A model generated the notes under the pieces. The model saw only the letters and a program-made list of their open reading frames with translations. It had not been told where the DNA came from and did not search any database. A stretch of 64,000 bases of DNA. It comes from an uncultured Bdellovibrionales bacterium. Lineage in GTDB: Bacteria; Bdellovibrionota_C; UBA2361; CAYQVO01. The stretch is taken from positions 3,146 to 67,145 of the forward strand of contig CAYQVO010000014.1 of assembly GCA_964421085.1 (NCBI GenBank), in the 5' to 3' direction. Within the stretch, counting starts at the first letter, position 1, and every line of letters starts with the position of its first letter. The translations under genes were made by a program, and so were the position numbers. Positions 1-7,724 of this stretch are shown here, piece by piece.

Positions 1-692
1 GCCGCCGCAATAAGCCTTGCTTCTCCCAGCGGGAGCGCAGAGCCATCAGGGCCGAAGACATCGCTGGTGAGCTTCAGGACTACAGGGTATGGGGTTCCAT
101 CGGTGGGCGCGTTCACACCCGCGAGAAGCTTGACTCGCACCGAATCTCCCGCGCCTATCAGCGCCTCACGGCTTGGGCCGGCTTTGACTGGAGGAGCCAC
201 GTCCTGCTGATCCATCCCGATACTCTCCATTTCGGCAAACTGGTTCATCTCGCCTCCGGTGCTGCCCAGTTCCGGAACATCAATCGCGGACGGTGGAGGA
301 GGAAGGGATGCGTCTCCGGTTGCGGCAGCATTTGAGGCCAGGGGATTCTGCGGAGTCATTTTCTCCATCAGCTTCTGGAATATCTGGGCAACGCGCTCAG
401 CGTTCTGATCAATCTTCTGGTTCGTCTGCGCAATCTTGTCCTCGAGTCCGCCGATGCGGGCCCGCTGCTGATCGAGTTCGGGAGTAAGTCTCTGCACGAG
501 ATCGATGTAATTCTCCTGATCCTGGAGCGCAGGTCTTTTCTGCTCTCTGGGCGCTGTCTGTCTGGGACCGCGTCTCGGACCGCCCGATGGCAGAATGAAG
601 AGCAGTGCGATCGCCGCCAGAACAGCGATAACAGCAACTTTCATCTTCTTCTCTTCCCGCACTCGAAGCGCGAAATCTTTGAGCACCTGCAT
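1..692 (-). CDS. traB: TraB (VirB10-like) T4SS protein, N-terminal part; the gene runs off the left window edge
   Basis: Absent from the ORF track because it is open at the edge. Reverse-strand ATG at 692 is preceded by AAGGAGG (697-703) and lies 16 nt after the traK stop. My translation gives a TM helix (VAVIAVLAAIALLFIL), then a coiled coil (LDQQRARIGGLEDKIAQTNQKIDQNAE). It continues GDSVRVKLLAGVNAPTDGTPYPVVLKLTSDVFGPDG...EARLIAAA, the pattern of F/G-type TraB. Confidence 0.6.
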   Translation of the reverse strand, partial: MQVLKDFALRVREEKKMKVAVIAVLAAIALLFILPSGGPRRGPRQTAPREQKRPALQDQENYIDLVQRLTPELDQQRARIGGLEDKIAQTNQKIDQNAERVAQIFQKLMEKMTPQNPLASNAAATGDASLPPPPSAIDVPELGSTGGEMNQFAEMESIGMDQQDVAPPVKAGPSREALIGAGDSVRVKLLAGVNAPTDGTPYPVVLKLTSDVFGPDGSALPLGEARLIAA

Positions 693-707
693 ACTTCCTC
701 CTTCAGC

Positions 708-1538
708 CTACTGCTTTGCCCGGGTGACTATGTACAACTTGGTCTTGTCCTGACCTGCGACCTTCTGTTCGACTGTCGCAGGCTTCGGTGCCAGTTCCCA
801 GTTCCTTGCCGAGACGGCCCGGGTGCCGTCAAGCCGGAAGGATGCGGGATTCAGTTTCTGAGTCTGATCAAGCCGGTTTTCGACATCGAGGATATATCCC
901 CAGAGGTTCGGCCCGATGAAAATCCTGTCGATTGTCGCAAGCAAAGTGCCGTCATCAAGGACTGTCTGTCCCTGATATCGATCGCTTGCGCGATATCCGG
1001 ATATTGAAGATTTCCCGAACTCGCCGACCAGAACCATTTCACGCATAAGTCCGCTCACGACACTTGGCGGAGCATAGGGGAAGTTTCTGTCTCTGTATGC
1101 GGCTTCGTCTTCTTCTCTGGACGGGGCGTTGACGGGCCTGTTGTCCTCGATTCGGATTATGTCGTCGCGGGACTTTCTGGACGCTGCTTTACGTATGCGG
1201 ACAGAATAGGAACGCCCGTCCTCGAGACGCACGATGACCACTTCACCCGCCTCGGGAAGGTTCTCCTGCGAAAATACGACAAGATCCGTATCCTTTTTGT
1301 CGATTGTCACTGACGAACTCTTCTTTTTGAATCCGCCTGAAATCCTTCCTGGGAACTGCAGTTGAGTTGGCTCGCCCGGATTGACATACACTTCCAGTTC
1401 CTGATCGTTGTATTCGACGTCGCGTGCTGAAGCCGGATCCGGCGTGAGTGCAATCACCGGGAGCATCATAAGGGACAGGGCGACCAGTGCTGTTTTTCCT
1501 TTCAATATCATCCTCATCATCATCCTCTTAACCTTCAA
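708..1538 (-). CDS. traK: TraK (VirB9/DotH-like) T4SS periplasmic/outer-membrane component
   Basis: 276-aa ORF with a signal peptide (ALVALSLMMLPVIALTPDPASA). The C-terminal block GPNLWGYILDVENRLDQTQKLNPASFRLDGTRAVSAR...KLYIVTR parallels the conserved C-terminus of F-type TraK. The start overlaps the traE stop by 4 nt (1535-1538). Confidence 0.65.
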   Translation of the reverse strand: MKVKRMMMRMILKGKTALVALSLMMLPVIALTPDPASARDVEYNDQELEVYVNPGEPTQLQFPGRISGGFKKKSSSVTIDKKDTDLVVFSQENLPEAGEVVIVRLEDGRSYSVRIRKAASRKSRDDIIRIEDNRPVNAPSREEDEAAYRDRNFPYAPPSVVSGLMREMVLVGEFGKSSISGYRASDRYQGQTVLDDGTLLATIDRIFIGPNLWGYILDVENRLDQTQKLNPASFRLDGTRAVSARNWELAPKPATVEQKVAGQDKTKLYIVTRAKQ

Positions 1539-2179
1539 TCTTTTCTCGTATCAAAGACTGCGTTGGAGATCACAATGCCGTAAGGGTTCAGCGAGTTCCG
1601 CGGAATAGTCGTCATTGTAATCTCGTACGAAGCCGTTGTCGGCGGCGAATCTCTGCCGCCTATAATCTTTATACGGTCCCCGCCAAAGTTGACGATTACG
1701 TTCTTTCCCTCCCGGCGAACGGTCGTCTTTGTCGGGTCTGCGAAGAAAATCTGCGTGCGTCCGGTCGTTTCAATGGCCTTGAGTTCGTCAATCAGGACAG
1801 CGGTGGTGAAATAGCTCAGGATCGGCTCGGTGAGCATCTCTCCGGCCTTCTCGAACTGCCGGCGCGCCACTCTAGGCTGATACGTCGAAATCAGGTTCAC
1901 GAAATTGGTGGCGACGTCGATGAACTCGTTGTCACGCAGATCACTTACGGCATACGTGCCGGGAAGAGGCTTTGCCGGGACATTCAGAGTAATCGAGCGG
2001 CTCGACCACATTATCAGGGCAAAGATGAGAGCGACTGCAGTAGCAGGGATCTGAAGAAGGGCGATGGCCCTCCATAACGAAGCCTGATCTTTGTACGCTT
2101 CCCACAGACGTATGGTATCCGTTTCTCCCCTGACACCGGGAACGGAACTGTCCTTCAATAAGTCCGCAACCTTTGGCAT
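1535..2179 (-). CDS. traE: TraE (VirB8/DotI-like) bitopic T4SS inner-membrane protein
   Basis: 214-aa ORF with one N-terminal TM (ALLQIPATAVALIFALIMW) followed by a periplasmic domain. Size, topology and position between the traL-like and traK-like genes fit TraE. Confidence 0.55.
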   Translation of the reverse strand: MPKVADLLKDSSVPGVRGETDTIRLWEAYKDQASLWRAIALLQIPATAVALIFALIMWSSRSITLNVPAKPLPGTYAVSDLRDNEFIDVATNFVNLISTYQPRVARRQFEKAGEMLTEPILSYFTTAVLIDELKAIETTGRTQIFFADPTKTTVRREGKNVIVNFGGDRIKIIGGRDSPPTTASYEITMTTIPRNSLNPYGIVISNAVFDTRKD

Positions 2180-2203
2180 TATAAATCTTCCTGTCTCATC
2201 CTG

Positions 2204-2614
2204 TTACTGCAGGTCAGAGTTCCCCCCGGACCCTTCTTCAGCCACAACAATCACTTCTTCGAGCTTAAGCTTCGAAAACCAGCAGTCCTCTTTGAGCTTC
2301 CTTACCGGCGCTCCGCTCCAGTACGGCTGAAGCGATGCGGGTCGTGGAATCCCCGGAGGTGCGAATCCAAGCGAATCCATCACGAAGTTCCGGATCCCTC
2401 TTTCTTCATCCACGAACTGCCGCCTCAGTATTGCGAGCCCGAAAGTTGTGGAAAGCCAGACAGTGAGAAGAATCGGCATCGACCTTCCGGCATTGATCTG
2501 CAGCAGTTCAGTAATGATGATCATGCCGGCAAGACCTGCCATCCACTCATTTACCTTTGCTCCGGCGAAAGTCCAGCTTTCGTTGAGGCAGGGTATTTCT
2601 TCTCCGTTATCCAT
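2204..2614 (-). CDS. traL: TraL (VirB3-like) small T4SS membrane protein
   Basis: 136-aa ORF with a hydrophobic hairpin (WMAGLAGMIIITELL / MPILLTVWLSTTFGLAIL), directly upstream of traE as in F/G-type loci. The call rests mainly on size, topology and synteny. Confidence 0.45.
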   Translation of the reverse strand: MDNGEEIPCLNESWTFAGAKVNEWMAGLAGMIIITELLQINAGRSMPILLTVWLSTTFGLAILRRQFVDEERGIRNFVMDSLGFAPPGIPRPASLQPYWSGAPVRKLKEDCWFSKLKLEEVIVVAEEGSGGNSDLQ

Positions 2615-2664
2615 ACACCGGATCCTTACAGGTGAATCTGCTTCACTCTATCTATCGGCACACT

Positions 2665-3087
2665 TCACGGCTTTGATTCAGTCAAAAGTCGCGAATCACC
2701 CTCGTATTTTACACCGCCTTTAGGCTCCGCAGGCTGGGGAGAAAGTACCCTTTCCAGCTCGGAAGCCTGAGATATCACTACCTTACGCCATTCTGTCGAA
2801 TTTATAAGGAGATCCGGGTTTCCAATCTTCGCTCCGGCGTCAAATTCATGGACTGCCGCGATCAACAGGCTCCGTGCTCTGGCGAAATGCCCGATAGCTG
2901 CCGCCAGCCTCCGTCCCTCCAGCTGATCCATAGACACGCCTTTTTTTATCGATTCAGGGGGCGACTTTGTCTTCACGGCAGTTTTGCCGGAAGAAGCAGC
3001 CGGTGCGCTCTTTTCGTGCGTCTCGGCGAGCGCAAATGATGAAAAAAGCAGGAGCGACAGGGTCAGCGTTGCAAGGCGCTTGAACAT
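2665..3087 (-). CDS. Secreted protein of unknown function, in the position of the pilin gene but not pilin-like
   Basis: The ORF track gives 2665..3114. The ATG at 3087 is preceded by GGGAGGAA (3091-3098, reverse strand) and yields the signal peptide MFKRLATLTLSLLLFSSFALA. No recognisable domain. Confidence 0.55.
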   Translation of the reverse strand: MFKRLATLTLSLLLFSSFALAETHEKSAPAASSGKTAVKTKSPPESIKKGVSMDQLEGRRLAAAIGHFARARSLLIAAVHEFDAGAKIGNPDLLINSTEWRKVVISQASELERVLSPQPAEPKGGVKYEGDSRLLTESKP

Positions 3088-3306
3088 AAATTCCTCCCAA
3101 ATTTGTAAAGTCACATAATGCTGTATGCAGCTCTTCAGTTAAGCGGCGTTATCAAAGTTAAAAATATATGGCAGATGCCGTAGATATTTAGATGGGGAGA
3201 GGGTGGTAGAGACTCAGGAAAGTAGGCATATCGCCGCGATTGACTCCGCGACAATAATCCTAAACTGTGTTATCTAAACAGGCTGATTCAACCAGGCATA
3301 AGCATT

Positions 3307-5337
3307 ATGGTTTTGGATTCAGGTTCCCTCAACAGAACCAAAGATCAGGAAGTTTCCGAACTCCGGCGGCAGCGGAGGCGCCGTACCAGTGCAAGACTCT
3401 TCGCAGCTGCCTGCATCCTTATTCTTATCTTGCTGTCGTTCCATGCTTCGCTTCGCGGCGGCAAAGGCCGTAACGGTGGCGAACAAACCGATTTCTGGGC
3501 CGGGAGAGAAGAAGAGCTTTTGGACCAGTCGGCAATTCAAAGAGACTGGCTTTCCAGTCATGAGAGCGCGATCGAGTTTGGAGTGTACACGTCACTCGAA
3601 AACTTCGTTCTTTCATTCTGGGAAGACCAGGGGCCGGCAATCGAAGGTGACACCGAAGAGGAACCAAAAGGATTTCTGCCGGAGCTTCGCTTTCAATTTG
3701 TGAAGATCAGTCTTCGCATGGCCTTTTTTCTTGTCGCTTCTTTCCGCGTATGGCTTCTTGCGGCAATCATCGGAGTAATCGTAGGCATGAGGCAGCTCAA
3801 ACCTCATGAGGGAAAGGATGTACTTGGATGTACGGGAAACGGCCGCCTGTTTTACTCAGGTGTAAGGGCATCTCTGAAACAGGAGAAAGGCACAGGGGAA
3901 CCGGTCGACTACGTAACCGGACTTGCATGTCCGCAACGCTGCAGCAGCAGGCAGCTTTCGGAATCCAGGCTCGGAAAACTGCTCGCCCGCCTTGATGTTC
4001 TCAATGAAACAAATTCGCTTCTTGCGTCGATAATTGCTGCTCACGGAAAAGCGCCGGCTTTTGTGACAGCACCAGGCGAAGAAGAAGTGCTGGAGCAGTT
4101 CGTTGAAAAAATCAGCCTCGAAGAAAATGCCTGCTGTATTATCGAAAGTGTCCTGAGTCTTCATGCCGAATTCCGTTCAGGAGTACCGGCACAGTCTGCA
4201 TACCGCCTGCCCTCAAAAAGGGGGGAGAGAGTTCCTCCGATGAATCTTTCGGAGTACCAGAATTTCCTCATTGAAAATCTCCGCCGGGTGCTCAGGCCGT
4301 CGATGAAGAACGCAGTCTCCATGATGGCGCCCGCGGAGCTTGCTGCGCTGGTTCTTTCTTTTGAGGCAGGAAAGGTGCTGGTGCACAAGGTGGATAACGG
4401 AGGGTGGGTCAAGGCCTCCGGGTTCCCTCATCTTTCGGCGCGCGCAGTCCTTCATTCATGTCCTTCATTCACAGGGGATTTCAGCGGGGCAGGAAGGATG
4501 CAGATACGGCGGGCCCTGATCTATGCTTCCAGATACAGCCCGTTTGGTCTTGTGCGCTTTCCGGTTGATCTTGATGAGACTTCGCGCGCGTGCCGGCAGT
4601 GGACGGAACTCATGCTTTCTTCTCCTCACGAACTGGAGGTCGAAGCGGATGAAGTAGAGCTGTTTGGAATAGTGTCCGAGGGAAACCGCCGCTTTTCCGA
4701 AGTGCTTTTCGGGGAACTCGTTTCACACGGTCATTGTCCGGGCGGTGATGTTTTTACATCCGGAACAAATCTCATACTGATGCCTCTTTCAAAAGTCCTC
4801 GATCTTCTTCACAGGGCTGTCGACGAAAACACGGTGAAGCGTCTCGAAGAACTGGTGTCGCTTGTCAGCCGGAAGCAGATCCTCCAGGAGATCTCGAGCG
4901 AGCGGAGATCGGACGACGAGTCGGCGGCTGCTCCGAACCGCATACTGAAGCCGGTGACATTCCCTGAAATGAAGCAGCTGTCTTCGCTGCACGGTCTTCC
5001 TCTTGATATGATCAAGGAGTGGTCGTCGCTCCGCGTAATCCTGAGTTCATTCGCCTGGCTTGCAAGGCGGATAGGGAATTCATCCGTGCCTGAAAGCGCG
5101 CTTGTATTTGTCGTGCTCAGAACTCAGGATGGAGAGGGAGAGACCGTGACTGGAAGGCCCGCAATGGTTGCGCTCCGTGGAAGCCGCTTGAGAGAACGAT
5201 TCGGCCATTCCTGGCAGTCGTGTTTCAGATTTGCGGACGCAGTAGCGATGGCGGAAACAAGAGAAGATTATGAGAGACTCCTGGCTCTGAAGGAGCGGGC
5301 GTTTCTCGATGAAGGGGAAAACGCCGCGGAAGCATGA
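3307..5337 (+). CDS. Large membrane protein of unknown family, first gene of the coupling-ATPase operon
   Basis: 676-aa ORF with a basic N-terminus and two hydrophobic helices (LFAAACILILILLSFHASL; LRMAFFLVASFRVWLLAAIIGVIVGM), followed by a long cytoplasmic part. A 21-nt gap separates it from the next gene. I cannot assign any catalytic motif. Confidence 0.6.
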   Translation: MVLDSGSLNRTKDQEVSELRRQRRRRTSARLFAAACILILILLSFHASLRGGKGRNGGEQTDFWAGREEELLDQSAIQRDWLSSHESAIEFGVYTSLENFVLSFWEDQGPAIEGDTEEEPKGFLPELRFQFVKISLRMAFFLVASFRVWLLAAIIGVIVGMRQLKPHEGKDVLGCTGNGRLFYSGVRASLKQEKGTGEPVDYVTGLACPQRCSSRQLSESRLGKLLARLDVLNETNSLLASIIAAHGKAPAFVTAPGEEEVLEQFVEKISLEENACCIIESVLSLHAEFRSGVPAQSAYRLPSKRGERVPPMNLSEYQNFLIENLRRVLRPSMKNAVSMMAPAELAALVLSFEAGKVLVHKVDNGGWVKASGFPHLSARAVLHSCPSFTGDFSGAGRMQIRRALIYASRYSPFGLVRFPVDLDETSRACRQWTELMLSSPHELEVEADEVELFGIVSEGNRRFSEVLFGELVSHGHCPGGDVFTSGTNLILMPLSKVLDLLHRAVDENTVKRLEELVSLVSRKQILQEISSERRSDDESAAAPNRILKPVTFPEMKQLSSLHGLPLDMIKEWSSLRVILSSFAWLARRIGNSSVPESALVFVVLRTQDGEGETVTGRPAMVALRGSRLRERFGHSWQSCFRFADAVAMAETREDYERLLALKERAFLDEGENAAEA

Positions 5338-5358
5338 TGCCCGCAGCAGCGAGAAACT

Positions 5359-7383
5359 ATGGCGAGAAGATATCATTTTACGGACCATAAAACTCTCAAA
5401 GCCGAGGCGAAGCGAAAGCTGGCCGGGTATCTCTGCCTTGCGTTTCTCGCCACATTCATTGTTGTTTCACTCCCGGTTCTTTCCGGTATTACTCCCTGGG
5501 TAATGATCCTTCTCGGCGTGATTCCCGGGCTTGCGCTCCTTTATGTGACGCGCTCGTTCGCGAGAGATTTCATGATTGAACGCGAGCGGAAAAAGGAAAG
5601 CGAAAGAAGGGGAGGGAAGCCTGTTCTCGGGATGCCGCCCCAGCGTGACTGCTTCGCGAAGGCGCTCGAGGAGTGCCGCGCCCGCGGAAAGAACATGATT
5701 GACAAATATCTGGTCGGCTTTGAGCTCGACACAGGACGCCCGCTCTGGGTAGGTGATGAGGAGATGTGCGGGCACCTTTGTGTCTTTGCAAAGACAGGTG
5801 TCGGGAAAACTCTGTGGGTCGAGTCGCTCATGTTTCAGCAGATGGCGAGGGGCAGAGCAAGCGGGTGCACATTTATCGATGCCAAGAGAGACTCGGGCAC
5901 TCTTGCTCATATTATTCTGATGGCGCTTGTGACAGGGAGAATCGAGGATCTCATCGTTATTGATCCGTTCGATCCTGTTCATTCGTTCAACTTTGTCCTT
6001 ACTTCCCAGCGTGCTGATGTGAAGGCGCGGAAAGTGCTTCGCGCAGGGCTCCCTCCCACGTCGGATCAGAGCGCGACCAAACATTACGATCGTCTTGCTG
6101 CCGACTCTATTTACAGACTGGTCAGGGCGATGGAAAGCCTGGGGCTTGCCTGGAGTGTCCGCGATATTGCTGTCGCGCTCTCTGCCTTCAATCTTGCTTA
6201 TCCGCACCTCAGAAAGATGCTTCACCGCGTCGGCGCCCGCCAGGCGATGGTTGAGCTTGGCCATCTGGCCGCGAGCTACCGCAATTTGAAGGGAGTTCTG
6301 GACACCGCAAAGATCTCTGAAAATCTCAGAGGAATAGCGTCGGAGCTTCACTCAATATCGGCAAGCGAGATAGGCCGCGTGTTCTGCACACAGTACACGG
6401 ACCTTGTGCTTACAGACGCGATTCTCCGCGGGAAAATCATTTATTTCATGCTTCCCAGACTGGAAGAAGCGGAAAGTGCCGCGCGCATGGTCAAAGTCTT
6501 CAGAGAGGATCTCGAGGTCTCAATCGGAGAAGTTACTTCTTCGAGACAGTTCAGGCTTGAAGACCCGCACCTTGTTATCATAGACGAAGGTTCATCGACC
6601 TTTGGCCCTACATGGGCAAATCTTTTTGAGCTTGCAAGGAAGGGCCGCTTTTCTCTCGTGTTCGGGGCGCAGTCGGCGGGCGGTCTTACTGATCAGTCTC
6701 TTGGTTTGAGCGAAGCGTTCTATGAGCGCGTTATGGCAAACGTCAACGTGAAGGTCATGATGCGTATTGGCGATAACCGTACAGCTCAGGACATGACTGA
6801 CTGGATTGGGAAAGTCATGACTACCCGCAAGTCTGTCGGCGCGGGAATGATGATGGGAAAGAGTTCGAGCGCGCTTCGGGGGATGCTCGACGTGCAGGCA
6901 AAGATAACCGGCGGCGAGTCCGAAAGCATAAGCATGACGGAAGACGAAGAGGATCTCGTAAGCTCGGAAGAGCTCAAGCACGAGATGTCGGCCGAAAAAG
7001 GCCTTGCATGGTTTGATCTTGGCGACGGGCGGATCGTCAAGGGCAGAAGCTTCTGGTTCAATCCGGAACTGCCGGACAACTGGGAAGGACGTGAATACGT
7101 CACCGGCCTCGAGAAATACGAGAACGATGAAGTCGGGCTCGCCGACTGGGTGGACGAACAGATTCTTTACAGAGAGAGGGAAGAAGCAGCATATTCACGG
7201 CGACAGAAAGGGCCGCCTTCCGGGCAGCCGAAGAACGAGCCGGCGCAGAAAGATGCCGGGCATCGCGAGGAGAAATCCCAGGAAGATACAGCCCGGGCCG
7301 GCGCCACGTTCAAGCTGAGCCAGTGTCCACCGGGGAGAGTCCGGAAGAGGGGGGTAATCTCTACTTTTAACAAGAAAGAATAG
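5359..7383 (+). CDS. Type IV coupling protein (VirD4/TraD/DotL-family ATPase)
   Basis: 674-aa ORF with two N-terminal TM helices (LAGYLCLAFLATFIVVSLPVL; VMILLGVIPGLALLYV). Walker A is FAKTGVGKT and Walker B is LVIIDEGSS, followed by the block GRFSLVFGAQSAGGLTDQ. The C-terminal tail is charged and low-complexity. Confidence 0.7.
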   Translation: MARRYHFTDHKTLKAEAKRKLAGYLCLAFLATFIVVSLPVLSGITPWVMILLGVIPGLALLYVTRSFARDFMIERERKKESERRGGKPVLGMPPQRDCFAKALEECRARGKNMIDKYLVGFELDTGRPLWVGDEEMCGHLCVFAKTGVGKTLWVESLMFQQMARGRASGCTFIDAKRDSGTLAHIILMALVTGRIEDLIVIDPFDPVHSFNFVLTSQRADVKARKVLRAGLPPTSDQSATKHYDRLAADSIYRLVRAMESLGLAWSVRDIAVALSAFNLAYPHLRKMLHRVGARQAMVELGHLAASYRNLKGVLDTAKISENLRGIASELHSISASEIGRVFCTQYTDLVLTDAILRGKIIYFMLPRLEEAESAARMVKVFREDLEVSIGEVTSSRQFRLEDPHLVIIDEGSSTFGPTWANLFELARKGRFSLVFGAQSAGGLTDQSLGLSEAFYERVMANVNVKVMMRIGDNRTAQDMTDWIGKVMTTRKSVGAGMMMGKSSSALRGMLDVQAKITGGESESISMTEDEEDLVSSEELKHEMSAEKGLAWFDLGDGRIVKGRSFWFNPELPDNWEGREYVTGLEKYENDEVGLADWVDEQILYREREEAAYSRRQKGPPSGQPKNEPAQKDAGHREEKSQEDTARAGATFKLSQCPPGRVRKRGVISTFNKKE

Positions 7384-7388
7384 AGGGA

Positions 7389-7724
7389 TTGGAGGGCGGT
7401 CGCAGACGCTTTCCGTTTCCCTTGAATCCCCGATTTCTCAGGCCGTCATCGATTGTTCTCGAGCACGAGCGGATGCAGAAGATTGGAACGGTGGTGAGCG
7501 CCCTTGATCGTCCGGATCTGATTTCTATTTCGAGATCACATCACCCTGTAGTATTTGCACCGCGGGAGAAAGTGGACAGATTCGAGCGGTCGATTGTCGA
7601 AATCTGCGAGGTGGTCCGTGGAGGAGAGGGCCCCGGCCGCATTATCGAAATAATGCGGTCAGGTAACACTTTTCCGCGAAGGCTCATAACTTTACATGAT
7701 GAAAGCGGCACACAAGCATCATGA
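7389..7724 (+). CDS. Hypothetical small protein (doubtful)
   Basis: 111-aa ORF with a TTG start and an internal ATG at 7473. It overlaps the next gene by 29 nt. No motif and a weak RBS. Confidence 0.25.
   Translation: MEGGRRRFPFPLNPRFLRPSSIVLEHERMQKIGTVVSALDRPDLISISRSHHPVVFAPREKVDRFERSIVEICEVVRGGEGPGRIIEIMRSGNTFPRRLITLHDESGTQAS

Larger units (their letters stand above)
1..7383. mobile_element. Partial type IV secretion / conjugation-like module (MPF genes plus coupling ATPase); the left border lies outside the window
   Basis: traL-traE-traK-traB-like genes on the reverse strand face a divergent operon containing a VirD4/TraD/DotL-like ATPase. No relaxase, VirB4-type ATPase, pilin or integrase was seen inside this part of the window. 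Confidence 0.45.

Noticed and set aside
3307-5337. Idea that the 676-aa protein upstream of the coupling ATPase is a MobH-type relaxase, as traI-traD in SXT-like ICEs
   Set aside because: I could not find the HD-domain/alternative 3H motifs or an N-terminal catalytic Tyr context. The protein has membrane helices, which relaxases lack. The idea is kept only as something to test.
5467-6351. 294-aa reverse-strand ORF, plus similar long antisense ORFs at 21494..22468, 25162..25959, 27058..27825, 29884..30501, 58103..58801, 60289..61119, 61345..62397 and 62446..63225
   Set aside because: Each lies wholly inside a motif-supported gene on the opposite strand. These are shadow ORFs of a GC-biased coding frame.
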